Shown piece after piece: positions 9,238-18,554 of a stretch of 64,000 nt of DNA. Position 1 is the stretch's first letter. Each line of letters starts with the position of its first letter. Origin of the DNA: Sulfuricellaceae bacterium (GTDB taxonomy: Bacteria > Pseudomonadota > Gammaproteobacteria > Burkholderiales > Sulfuricellaceae). The stretch is from positions 2,996 through 66,995 of the forward strand of contig JASJPB010000007.1 in the NCBI GenBank assembly GCA_031426915.1, read 5' to 3'. The notes below the pieces were generated by a model. That model was not told the DNA's origin. It worked only from the letters and a program-made list of their open reading frames with translations, and ran no database searches. The translations under genes were made by a program, and so were the position numbers.

Positions 9238-9297
9238 GTAGGAGCGAGCTTGCTCGCGATAGCAACCCGTGATGATCGCGAGCAAGCTCGCTCCTAC
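9238..9297. repeat. GTAG-type REP doublet (hairpin)
   Basis: GTAGGAGCGAGCTTGCTCGCGAT...ATCGCGAGCAAGCTCGCTCCTAC, 23-bp perfect arms; identical arms at 63371-63427. Confidence 0.9.
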
Positions 9298-9302
9298 GGT
9301 AC

Positions 9303-10550
9303 CTAGGCGGATGCGACCGCTCCGTCGAGGTTCAGACCGATGGGAGCTTCATTGAGCCTGTCGGCTTGCTCTTTTCCCTGAACTGCTTGTTGCAATCCGT
9401 GCTTCCAGTCCACTTTGGGCAGAATGGATGCTTCATTTACCCGGGAAGCCGCATTCGTCGCTTTTTGCAGCATCTGTCCGATCACCTCGCGGTTCAGCAG
9501 GTGCGGTTCGAGGCCCAGACCCTGCAAGCCGGAATGGACTGCGTGGTAATAGTGGTTTTCATTTTCCACGCGCGGGTTGCGAAGATGCTGGATGTCCACT
9601 TTCACGCCGTGAGCGGCGGCACTTTCCTGGACCAGCCAGGCCAGTTCCATGACGGTGAATTGCTCGGTGAACTGGTTGAAAACCCGGAATTCGCCGCTGT
9701 TGGCAGGATTTGTCACCGCCAGCTCGATGCATCGCAGCGTGTCGCGGATATTCAGATAACCCCTGACCTGGCTGCCGCTGCCATACACGGTGAGCGGCAT
9801 GCCGATCGCGGCCTGCACCACGAAGCGGTTGAGTACCGTGCCGAAGATGTGGTCGTAGTGGAAACTGGTGCACAGCTCCGGATCATCGCCGATCTCGTCG
9901 GTGGCTATGCCGTAGACCACGCCCTGATTCAGGTCGGTGACGCGAAGGTCCCACATCCGGCTGGCAAATTCCAGATTGTGGGAATCATGGACCTTGGACA
10001 GATGGTAGAGGGAATGGGGTTTCTTGGGATAGAGCACCCGGTCCTTGCGGCCGTTGTGCGTGACGTCCAGCCACCCCTCCTCGATATCGATGTTGGGCGT
10101 GCCGTATTCTCCCATGGTGCCCAGTTTCACCAGGTGGGCCTGCGGGCAATGTTCGCGCATGGCAAACATGACGTTGAGCGTGCCGATCACATTGTTGCAT
10201 TGCGTATAAACGGCATTGTCCTGACTCAGCATGGAGTAGGGCGCCGATGGCTGTTCGCCGTAATGGATGATGGCGTCCGGCCGGAAGTCATGGCAGAGTT
10301 CGTGCATGAGCTGACCGTCATCGGCGATGTTCCCGACCACCGCCTCGATGTGGCGAAATTTTTTCTGACGCCAGTGCCGCACGCGCTCCTGGAGCGTCGG
10401 CACGGGCTCAAGAGGCGTTGCCCCGACCTCTGCTTCCCAGCCGCGTTTGGCCATGTTGTCCACCACCACGACATCGTTGCCGCGCGCGGAAAAATGCATG
10501 GCCGTAGGCCAGCCCAGATAACCATCTCCACCCAGAATGCAAATTTTCAT
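9303..10550 (-). CDS. sqdB: UDP-sulfoquinovose synthase
   Basis: GGDGYLGWPTA, HYGEQPSAPYSM, LVKLGTMGEYGTPNIDIEEG, SLYHLSKVHDSHN, TDLNQGVVYG, GTVLNRF: SqdB/SQD1 signature motifs. Confidence 0.95.
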   Translation of the reverse strand: MKICILGGDGYLGWPTAMHFSARGNDVVVVDNMAKRGWEAEVGATPLEPVPTLQERVRHWRQKKFRHIEAVVGNIADDGQLMHELCHDFRPDAIIHYGEQPSAPYSMLSQDNAVYTQCNNVIGTLNVMFAMREHCPQAHLVKLGTMGEYGTPNIDIEEGWLDVTHNGRKDRVLYPKKPHSLYHLSKVHDSHNLEFASRMWDLRVTDLNQGVVYGIATDEIGDDPELCTSFHYDHIFGTVLNRFVVQAAIGMPLTVYGSGSQVRGYLNIRDTLRCIELAVTNPANSGEFRVFNQFTEQFTVMELAWLVQESAAAHGVKVDIQHLRNPRVENENHYYHAVHSGLQGLGLEPHLLNREVIGQMLQKATNAASRVNEASILPKVDWKHGLQQAVQGKEQADRLNEAPIGLNLDGAVASA

Positions 10551-10861
10551 GATCCTTCTCCCTGTCCTGAAACGATGGGGGTGCTACACGCTTACATTTA
10601 TAGTCCAGGGGAGTGGGTCAACAGTATGGGGTGAACACCCTAATCTGTAGTAGGTTCCTTTACTGAATACACGGTAGAAGTCTTCCTACACGAAGCGTGG
10701 TGCAGCGGTAACGAAGCGCTTGAGCCAATCTGCGTTACAGCCGCGGTTCGATGCGGAATATACGCGCTGAACTTACAGCATCCTGCGTATTGCCTGCCAT
10801 GGAGCGATTGCCTAACGTGGAAAGCACAGCGGGATGCTGAATTTCCACTAGCAGGTGAACC

Positions 10862-11482
10862 ATGAAATTGCCGGGCTATGTTCTTGCATCATTGTGTCTG
10901 CTTGGCTTCGGACTCTGTTCGGGCGCGCGGGCAAACATCTATGCCTATACTGCGGCTGACGGTAGTGTGAGCCTGAGTAACGTGCCGGCGGACAATCGCT
11001 ACAAAATACTGGTTCCCGATCACAAGGCAGCGGCTGTCGTCTTGCCGCTGCCCGAGACGGGCAGGCTGCCGCTTGCCCGCGCCGGCAAGTCCCGCTACGA
11101 CCAGATCGTCGAGGAAGTCGCGCGCGCCCATGGTCTCGATGGTGCGCTGCTGCATGCCGTCATCTCGGTGGAGTCGCACTACAACCCCAGGGCCGTTTCG
11201 AAGAAAGGCGCTGCCGGGCTGATGCAGCTCATGCCGGCGACCGCGAAGCGCTATGGTGTTTCGGACTCGTTCGACCCGGCTCAGAACCTGCATGGCGGCG
11301 CGCGATACCTGCGCGATCTGCTGACCCTGTTCAACAGCGACATGAGCCTGGCGCTGGCCGCTTACAACGCGGGGGAGAACGCGGTCATCAGGCACGGCAA
11401 CCGCATTCCACCCATCCGCGAAACCAGGGATTACGTGCCCAAAGTGCTCGGCTTTTACCGCAAATACCTGGCCAGTTCGTAA
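10862..11482 (+). CDS. Lytic transglycosylase (SLT family)
   Basis: AVISVES, GAAGLMQLMP, ALAAYNAG, ETRDYV; signal peptide. Confidence 0.95.
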   Translation: MKLPGYVLASLCLLGFGLCSGARANIYAYTAADGSVSLSNVPADNRYKILVPDHKAAAVVLPLPETGRLPLARAGKSRYDQIVEEVARAHGLDGALLHAVISVESHYNPRAVSKKGAAGLMQLMPATAKRYGVSDSFDPAQNLHGGARYLRDLLTLFNSDMSLALAAYNAGENAVIRHGNRIPPIRETRDYVPKVLGFYRKYLASS

Positions 11483-11513
11483 AATGGCGGCCACCCTGGA
11501 AAGGAGAGAGAAA

Positions 11514-11894
11514 ATGTTCAGCACGCTGATCGTCGACGATAACGACGCCTTCCGCCAGTCTCTGCACCAGGTCCTGTCGCGGCGTTTCCCATCCATGCGC
11601 ATCGTCGAGGCCGCGGATGGCGAGGGTGCCCTGTATCAGGCCGCATACCATCATCCCGATCTGATTTTCATGGACATCAGAATGCCGGGGAACAATGGTC
11701 TCGTCATCACCCAGGCCATCAAATCCTCGGATTTACACCCCATCATCTGCATCATCACCAGCCACGATTTGCCGGAATACCGCGATGCGGCATTACGTTG
11801 CGGCGCGGATCACTTCATGGTGAAAGGCGAGTCGAGCGAAGCGCAGATTGCCGCCCTCGTGGACGGCGTCCTGACCGTTAGGCGTCCGTCCTGA
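11514..11894 (+). CDS. Single-domain response regulator (NarL-like receiver)
   Basis: TLIVDD, DLIFMDIRMPG, IITSHD, FMVK; RBS AAGGAG. Confidence 0.9.
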   Translation: MFSTLIVDDNDAFRQSLHQVLSRRFPSMRIVEAADGEGALYQAAYHHPDLIFMDIRMPGNNGLVITQAIKSSDLHPIICIITSHDLPEYRDAALRCGADHFMVKGESSEAQIAALVDGVLTVRRPS

Positions 11895-12157
11895 ATCTCC
11901 TGCAAGCGACGTCACGCATTTCTCTCTGCCCTGGAACCGCCCTGTAGCTCCGTTTCGCACTTCTGCTTTTCCCTACAGTCAATCCCCCCCCCGCAAGTTA
12001 AGTCCGGCGCGTAGCGAAATGCGGGGTTCGCCTCGGTGTCAATTTGTCGCACTTCATTAACAATCTGTCACAAGGATTTCAGTGGCGTGGGTGTCATGTC
12101 CAGTCGGCAAATCCGGGTCTAGCAAGTTTTGGATTAATGCGAGTGAGGGAGGCAGTT

Positions 12158-15100
12158 ATGGAACCCGAAGCCATCAACAACTTTAGCGGGGTGCTACGAA
12201 AAGTATGGCGCCTGATTTTTCTGTCTATCCTGATAGGAGTGTTAAGTCCCCAGTATGCGGCGGCGCTGACCATCAACGTGGTCGACCAGAACGGTGCTGC
12301 GATAACCGGAGGTTTCCGCTGGCTGATTGAAGAGGATGCCACCAAGGCATCCGTTCCAGGCCAGCTTGCCGGCGGTACCAATCTGGCCCTCAGCTTCCAC
12401 ACCAGCTACATGCCGGTAGTGGATGCAGGCAGGACCGCGAGTTCCTCTGCTGCCGTCACGCTTCCTGTGCCGGCCCAGCCGAAGCGCTACTTTGTCTCGG
12501 TCCTGCCGGATGGCAGTTACCAGATGGGGGGCGCAGCCGTCGTCGAGGGTGGTGAGAACGGCACGGTGAAAATCGTGGTGAACAAGACCCCGATCCCCAC
12601 CGCGCAAATATCCCTGTTCGTGTTCGAGGACAACCAGCCCATCAATGGTGCTCCCGATCTGCCTCAGGAATTGGGCCTGGCGAATTTCTCGGTCACCCTG
12701 AAGGAAGCCGGTGGCACGTATGGCGCCTCTGGTGGCCAGGTCATCCAGGATGCCTTCGGCAACCCGATCGGAACCAGCTACCAGCAATTGCCCAACGGTG
12801 ATTTCGTCTACAACACGCCGGGCGATCCGACGAGTGGTCCGGTGGTGCAAGCCCTGGGCAACGGATTCATCAAGACCGGGGCCGACGGCACGGTATTGAT
12901 CAAGTACCTGGCTCCTGCCAAGTACACCCTGGAGGTGATTCCTCCGGCGGGTTCCGGATTCATCCAGACCTCCACCATCGAGGGCACCAAGGGTATCGAC
13001 GCCTGGGTGAAGGCCAACGAGCCGAGCTTCTTCCAGGAATTCGGGCCGCCCGGACATCACGTGTTCGTCGGCTTCGTCAAGACCAACTTCAAGGATGCAT
13101 CCGTGCTTAACGGATCCACCACCATCAGCGGCAAGGTGGTGAACATGCATAGCAGCCGGCCGCCGAATTTCTCGTTTTTTAACGGCGACCCCTTTCCGCA
13201 GTGCTGGATCGGCCTGAACGAACTTGCCGTGACGACCGGGCGGGCGGTTTATACCACCCCCTGCAAGCCGGACAGCAGCTTCACGATTCCCAGCGTACCG
13301 CCCGGTTCCTACCAACTGGTGATCTGGGATGAAAACCTGGATGTCGTGATTGCCTCCAACAACGTCACGGTGAACCCGGATGGCTCGTGCCGAACAGCGA
13401 ATGGCAGCTGTGACCTGGCGGAAGTGCCGGTCTTCAACTGGTTCGGCAAACTGGAAAGCCGGGTGTTTTTCGATGGCAACGAAAACGGCTTCAGGGATGA
13501 CGGTGAAGTCGGCATTCCGGGCCAGGCGGTGAACATCCGCTTCCGCGACGGCAGCATTTACCAGTCGCAGGTCACCGATGCGAACGGTGAAGTCAAATTC
13601 AACGAAGTGTTCCCCTTCTTCAACTGGCTCATCGCCGAAGTGGATTTCGCGCGCTTCAAAGCCACGGGCGCCACCGTCGTGGTGGACGCAGGTGGTCCGG
13701 TTCCGCCCCACAACGGCTGGGCCGTGCCCTCCTGGAACAAGCTCAACCCGCAACCTCAGTCCGAGAACGCCGGCCTGCCTTACCGCACTGAAACCGGCCC
13801 GGTCCTGCTGGAAGGCATCCAGACTTTCCTCGGCCAGACCAACGTGATCGAGTGGGGCAAGAACAACTATGGCCCCGGCGACAACGGCGGGATTGCGGGC
13901 ATTGTCCATTACGGCATTACCCGTGCCGAGGCGGACCCACGCTACGCTGCGGCGGAAAACTGGGAGCCGGGCATTCCCCGCGTTCAGGTGAACCTGTACC
14001 GGGATTGCAACGGCGACGGCATCATCGACAAGCCCGACTGCACCCTGACCACCGGTCTCAACAGTGTAACCAGCTTCATTCTGGCCGATGTGGACAACTG
14101 GCCTTTCGGCAACTTCCCGGGCGCCGAGGATGTCGATCGTGATGGCAACAATCTATTCGACCAGGGCGATGCCTACAAGATCGGCACCACCGACAGCTGG
14201 GACGACAAGCTTCCCACCGGCTGCCAACTGGATGCAAGCGGCGTGCCTTTCACTTCCAACGGCTTTACCACCGACTGCTATGACGGCCTGCGCAACTTCA
14301 ACCAGGTGCGCCCGGCAGTGTTTGACGGCGGCTATGCCTTTGGTCCGCCAGCCGGGGACGTGGCTCTGCCACCCGGCAAGTACGTTGTCGAGGCAGTTGC
14401 TCCGCGCGGCTATGTGACACTCAAGGAAGAAGACAAGAACGTGGATTACGGCGACGCCTACAAGCCGAGCCCCCTGTTCCTGCCGCCGGTTTGCGTGGGC
14501 GATCCCCATCTTGTGCCCGCCGAGCTCTCCCTGTTCCCCGGTGTTCCCGTGGATCCGTCCATGGCTGGACAGACCCGGCCCCTGTGTGATCGCAAGAGTG
14601 TCGAAGTTGTCCAGGGCAAGAACGCGGCCGCTGACTTCTTCATGTTCACCGAAGTGCCGGTTGCCAGCCACATTGTCGGCATGATCCTCAACGACCTGGC
14701 CAATGAGTTCGACCCCAACGCGCCTACATTCGGCGAGAAACTGGCGCCATCCTGGGTGCCGGTGTCGATCCGTGACTGGACCGGCAAGGAAATCTCCCGC
14801 GTGTACTCTGACCAGTGGGGCACCTTCAATGCACTGGTGCCGTCCAGCTACTCGGTGAACATCCCCATGCCCTCCGGCGTGGCTCCCAACATGCTCACTA
14901 CCTGCATGAACGACCCCGGCCCGATCCCGGACGCGGGCGGCAATCTGGTCATCGACCCCTACTTCGACCGCCAGTACAGCCAGTTCTGCTACACCTTCCA
15001 GTACCTGCCGGGCAAGACCACCTACCTCGACACCCCGGTGCTGCCGGTGGCTGCTTTCGCCGGTCCAGGGCAATTCCCGGTGGACTGCGAATTCACCGAC

Positions 15101-17275
15101 GGTACGCCGGTTGTCTACACGGTGGAAGGAACGACCTCGGGTGGTGCCAGCCATCACGGCCCGTATGTGCCGACGCCGAGTCTCAATATCGCCACCCAGC
15201 CCAGGCTGCGCATCGTTTCGGCTGGCAGCGTGCAGGTGGCCAATCCCGCCTATGACGGTACCGCCGCAACGCCCAGGTTCATTGCTCGCGACTTCGGCTT
15301 CGGCGCACAGGGAGCCAACAGCAAGGTGACAATCAACAACGTCAGCCTGCCGATCATCTCCTGGGATAACGGCGTCATCGTGGCGCGCGTTCCGAGCGGG
15401 GTGGCCACCGGCCAGCTGGTCGTGACACGCGACAACACCACCAGCACCAGGACTTCCCTGCTGGGTGCCACGGTTACGGTAGGCGGTGCATTGCCGACCG
15501 TCGTTGCTCCTGGCGGCAGCATCCAGACCGCCATCGACGGCACTTTGCAGGGCCGCCTGATCCTGGTTCCGCCCGGTCGCTATGACGAGTTGGTGATCAT
15601 GGACAAGAAGGTGAAACTCCAGGGTTGGGGCGCGCTTGCGACCAACATCAACGCCGCCAAGGTGCCTGCTGAAAAGCTCGCGAAATGGCGTGCAGATGTG
15701 ACCCGGAAGTACGCCAACGGAGGCGCTGCACGCACCTTCGACCTGGTGCCTGGCCAGACGGTTGGCTTCAACGCTCCCAACAACGAACCCAACCTGTTCA
15801 ATACCGAAGAAGGTCCCGGCATCCTGGTGGTGTCCCGCTCCAGCGGCGGCCAGGCGTTCAACAATACCAACCCGGCCCGCATCGACGGCTTCAGCATCTC
15901 AGGCGGTGACTCCGGCGGCGGTATCTTCGTCAACGGCTTCGCCAAATACCTGGAGATCAGCAACAACAAGATCTTCAGCAATGCGGGCACCTACGGTGGC
16001 GGCATCCGTATCGGCCACTTCAATGTGGAAACCAACGATGCCGACAACGACTTCATCAATATCCACAACAACCATATCGCGCAAAATGGCGGTCAGGGCG
16101 GTGCGGGTGGCGGTGTGTCGATCTACGCCGGCACGCAGGTGTACAACCTTGCCAACAACTATATCTGCGGCAACTTCACTGCCGGCCACGGCGGCGGCAT
16201 CGGCCACCTGGGCAGCAGCAACCGCGGTGTGATCGCCAACAACACGGTGATCTTCAACCAGTCCTTCGACCAGGGGACCAACGTCTCCGGCGGCGGTATC
16301 TACATCGGCGGACAAGCACCGCTGGTGGCCGGTACCCTCTCCCCCGGCACTGGCAACGTGACCGTGAGCGGCAACCTGATCCAGGGCAACCTGGCCGGGG
16401 CCGGCGACGGTGGCGGCATCGCGGCACAGTTCGTCAACGGGGCAGACATCGTCCCGGCGCCCAACAACGTGACCAACTGGAACCGCCTGACCCTGGTGAA
16501 CAACATGGTGGTGGACAACATCGCCGGCATGGCGGGTGGCGGTATCTCCCTCCAGGACGTGGCCTTGTCGACGGTCGCCAACAACACGGTTGCCGACAAC
16601 CACAGTACGGCCACTGCGGGCGCCGCCTTTGCGCCTAACAGCCCGAACCAGTCCACGGCCCAGCCGGCGGGGATCGTTTCCCGTGCCCACAGCACACTCC
16701 TCGCCAATACCATCGGTAACGGTCCAGCGGTAAGCACCTACAAACGCTATGCCAACCCGACGCTGGTGAACAACATCGTGTGGCACAACCGCTCGTTCTT
16801 CTGGACCATCGACAACACCACTGCGCCGCCCACCTTCGGGTTGCAGCCTTATGCCGCGAACCCGTACTGGGATCTGGCGGTAGTGGGCACCGCGTTGCCG
16901 ACCCTGTTGAACCCCAGGTTCAGCGACCTGACCGATGCCACGGGCTATCACGTGAGCAACATCGCGGTTAACCCGATGTTCATGGGCGAGGCGATGATCG
17001 GACCGCGCGGGGAGATTATCCAGCAACCGGAGTTCACCACCGGTATCGATACTGCTCCGGCTTTCGACGAGGGCGGCAACTGGATCGACGTGCGTTTCGG
17101 CATCGGCGTTCTGGCTGCACCCAGCCTGCTCAGCCCGGCTGGCGATTTCCACCTGCAACCTGGCTCCCCGGTCATCAATCTGGGAACCCAGAGCGCTGGC
17201 GTGACGCCGACCACCGACATCGATGGACAAGCCCGCTCCAACCCGCCCGACATTGGTGCGGACGAGCAGCAGTAG
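12158..17275 (+). CDS. Giant secreted protein (~1705 aa): SdrD-B-like, IPT/TIG, right-handed beta-helix, choice-of-anchor-Q-like C-terminus
   Basis: Signal peptide ending PQYAAA; RVFFDGNENGFRDDGEVGIPG; FGAQGANSKVTINN...SWDNGVIVARVP; SIQTAID plus NNxIxGN/GGGI repeats; FHLQPGSPVINLG...DIDGQARSNPPDIGADE. Confidence 0.85.
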   Translation: MEPEAINNFSGVLRKVWRLIFLSILIGVLSPQYAAALTINVVDQNGAAITGGFRWLIEEDATKASVPGQLAGGTNLALSFHTSYMPVVDAGRTASSSAAVTLPVPAQPKRYFVSVLPDGSYQMGGAAVVEGGENGTVKIVVNKTPIPTAQISLFVFEDNQPINGAPDLPQELGLANFSVTLKEAGGTYGASGGQVIQDAFGNPIGTSYQQLPNGDFVYNTPGDPTSGPVVQALGNGFIKTGADGTVLIKYLAPAKYTLEVIPPAGSGFIQTSTIEGTKGIDAWVKANEPSFFQEFGPPGHHVFVGFVKTNFKDASVLNGSTTISGKVVNMHSSRPPNFSFFNGDPFPQCWIGLNELAVTTGRAVYTTPCKPDSSFTIPSVPPGSYQLVIWDENLDVVIASNNVTVNPDGSCRTANGSCDLAEVPVFNWFGKLESRVFFDGNENGFRDDGEVGIPGQAVNIRFRDGSIYQSQVTDANGEVKFNEVFPFFNWLIAEVDFARFKATGATVVVDAGGPVPPHNGWAVPSWNKLNPQPQSENAGLPYRTETGPVLLEGIQTFLGQTNVIEWGKNNYGPGDNGGIAGIVHYGITRAEADPRYAAAENWEPGIPRVQVNLYRDCNGDGIIDKPDCTLTTGLNSVTSFILADVDNWPFGNFPGAEDVDRDGNNLFDQGDAYKIGTTDSWDDKLPTGCQLDASGVPFTSNGFTTDCYDGLRNFNQVRPAVFDGGYAFGPPAGDVALPPGKYVVEAVAPRGYVTLKEEDKNVDYGDAYKPSPLFLPPVCVGDPHLVPAELSLFPGVPVDPSMAGQTRPLCDRKSVEVVQGKNAAADFFMFTEVPVASHIVGMILNDLANEFDPNAPTFGEKLAPSWVPVSIRDWTGKEISRVYSDQWGTFNALVPSSYSVNIPMPSGVAPNMLTTCMNDPGPIPDAGGNLVIDPYFDRQYSQFCYTFQYLPGKTTYLDTPVLPVAAFAGPGQFPVDCEFTDGTPVVYTVEGTTSGGASHHGPYVPTPSLNIATQPRLRIVSAGSVQVANPAYDGTAATPRFIARDFGFGAQGANSKVTINNVSLPIISWDNGVIVARVPSGVATGQLVVTRDNTTSTRTSLLGATVTVGGALPTVVAPGGSIQTAIDGTLQGRLILVPPGRYDELVIMDKKVKLQGWGALATNINAAKVPAEKLAKWRADVTRKYANGGAARTFDLVPGQTVGFNAPNNEPNLFNTEEGPGILVVSRSSGGQAFNNTNPARIDGFSISGGDSGGGIFVNGFAKYLEISNNKIFSNAGTYGGGIRIGHFNVETNDADNDFINIHNNHIAQNGGQGGAGGGVSIYAGTQVYNLANNYICGNFTAGHGGGIGHLGSSNRGVIANNTVIFNQSFDQGTNVSGGGIYIGGQAPLVAGTLSPGTGNVTVSGNLIQGNLAGAGDGGGIAAQFVNGADIVPAPNNVTNWNRLTLVNNMVVDNIAGMAGGGISLQDVALSTVANNTVADNHSTATAGAAFAPNSPNQSTAQPAGIVSRAHSTLLANTIGNGPAVSTYKRYANPTLVNNIVWHNRSFFWTIDNTTAPPTFGLQPYAANPYWDLAVVGTALPTLLNPRFSDLTDATGYHVSNIAVNPMFMGEAMIGPRGEIIQQPEFTTGIDTAPAFDEGGNWIDVRFGIGVLAAPSLLSPAGDFHLQPGSPVINLGTQSAGVTPTTDIDGQARSNPPDIGADEQQ

Positions 17276-17287
17276 CCGCGGCACTGA

Positions 17288-17310
17288 CCCGCCGGGTTGG
17301 TCCCGGCGGG
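17288..17310. other. GC-rich intergenic hairpin
   Basis: CCCGCCGGG-TTGGT-CCCGGCGGG between the giant gene and the first cupredoxin gene; no U-tract on the + strand. Confidence 0.5.
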
Positions 17311-17329
17311 CCGAAAAAAGGAGAAGATC

Positions 17330-18532
17330 ATGCGTATCCCAAATTTTCGTAAAATGCTGATTCCCCTGGCGATCGCCGCCCTGGGCGCGGCATCCCTTCC
17401 TGCCGGCGCCGCGGCGTTCGTGCAGTGCCCCAGCGACAGCAACGGGGACGCCATCCCCGACCTGGCGGGAGCCGACCCGAGCGTGGTCTGCAAATCCCTG
17501 ACCGCCAGCGACGGGTTTGCCACCATGGCCGATGGCACGGTGCTTTACACCTTCGGCTTCCACGATGCGACCGGCGTGCCGCAGGACCAGGTGATCGCGC
17601 AGACAATGATGGCCGCCGAGATTTCCGCGCCGACCATCGAACTTCAGGAAGGCAACAAGTTCTACCTGTCCCTGACCAACGTCGGCATGAGCATGCGGCC
17701 CGACCTGTTCGACCCCCACACCGTGCACTTCCACGGCTTTCCCCAGGCCGCGCCCGTGTTCGACGGCATGCCGGAGGGGTCGTTCGGCGTGAACATGGGG
17801 TCGAGCATCACTTACTTCTACAACATCGTCGAACCCGGTACTTTCCTCTATCACTGCCACATGGAAGCCACCGAGCACATGCAGATGGGCATGCTGGGGA
17901 ACCTTTATGTGCGCCCCCTCCAGGACGGAACGCCCAAGGTGTACAACAGCAAGACCTACACCAAATTCGCCTACAACGACGGTGATGGCTCGACCGGCTA
18001 CAACAAGAGCTATCCGCTCCAGTTGAGCGGGTTCGACCGCACCTTCCACGAGGACCACCTCGCAATTCAGCCTTTGCCCTTCTCGTTCATGCGCGACACC
18101 TACACCATGATCAACGGACGCGGCTATCCCGATACGATCGACCCGAACCCGTTGCCGGCCCCGGCTGAAAACGGCGGGCTGGTGTCGCAGAAAGTCAGTT
18201 CCCTGGTGACGCTCAACCGGGCGAGCGAAGGGGAGAAACTGCTGCTGCGCTTTTCCAACCTGAGCGTAACCAGTTACTACACCGTCACCATTCTCGGCTT
18301 GCCGATGCGGGTGGTCGGCAGCGGCGCCCATATCGCACGCGGACCGGGCGGACAGAACCTCGCCTACGACACCAGTTCCATCACCATCGGTGGCGGCGAA
18401 GCGGCGGACGTACTGGTCGATACCTCGGGTGTCCCGGCAGGAACCTACTTCCTTTACACCACCAATCTCAATTACCTGAGCAACGACGCGCAGGATTTCG
18501 GCGGAATCATGACCGAAATCCGCGTCAACTGA
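17330..18532 (+). CDS. Two-domain multicopper-oxidase-family subunit A (type 1 site in domain 1)
   Basis: Signal peptide; PHTVHFHG and YHCHMEATEHMQMGM in domain 1; no His motifs in domain 2. Confidence 0.88.
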   Translation: MRIPNFRKMLIPLAIAALGAASLPAGAAAFVQCPSDSNGDAIPDLAGADPSVVCKSLTASDGFATMADGTVLYTFGFHDATGVPQDQVIAQTMMAAEISAPTIELQEGNKFYLSLTNVGMSMRPDLFDPHTVHFHGFPQAAPVFDGMPEGSFGVNMGSSITYFYNIVEPGTFLYHCHMEATEHMQMGMLGNLYVRPLQDGTPKVYNSKTYTKFAYNDGDGSTGYNKSYPLQLSGFDRTFHEDHLAIQPLPFSFMRDTYTMINGRGYPDTIDPNPLPAPAENGGLVSQKVSSLVTLNRASEGEKLLLRFSNLSVTSYYTVTILGLPMRVVGSGAHIARGPGGQNLAYDTSSITIGGGEAADVLVDTSGVPAGTYFLYTTNLNYLSNDAQDFGGIMTEIRVN

Positions 18533-18554
18533 TCCGCGAAACGAGGAGGACGAC

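Noticed and set aside
10640-10700. TGTAG...CTACA-like boxes here and near 11940, 33140, 40880 and 53955 as LuxR/NarL sites
   Set aside because: Too degenerate to support without motif statistics.
12158-17275. MofA/OmpB-type giant multicopper oxidase
   Set aside because: Size is similar but no copper-binding HxH/HCH motifs are present in this ORF.
17330-18532. Copper nitrite reductase NirK
   Set aside because: The type 1 site is in domain 1 as in NirK, but domain 2 has no His to complete the NirK type 2 site and the extra HxH pattern is MCO-type.
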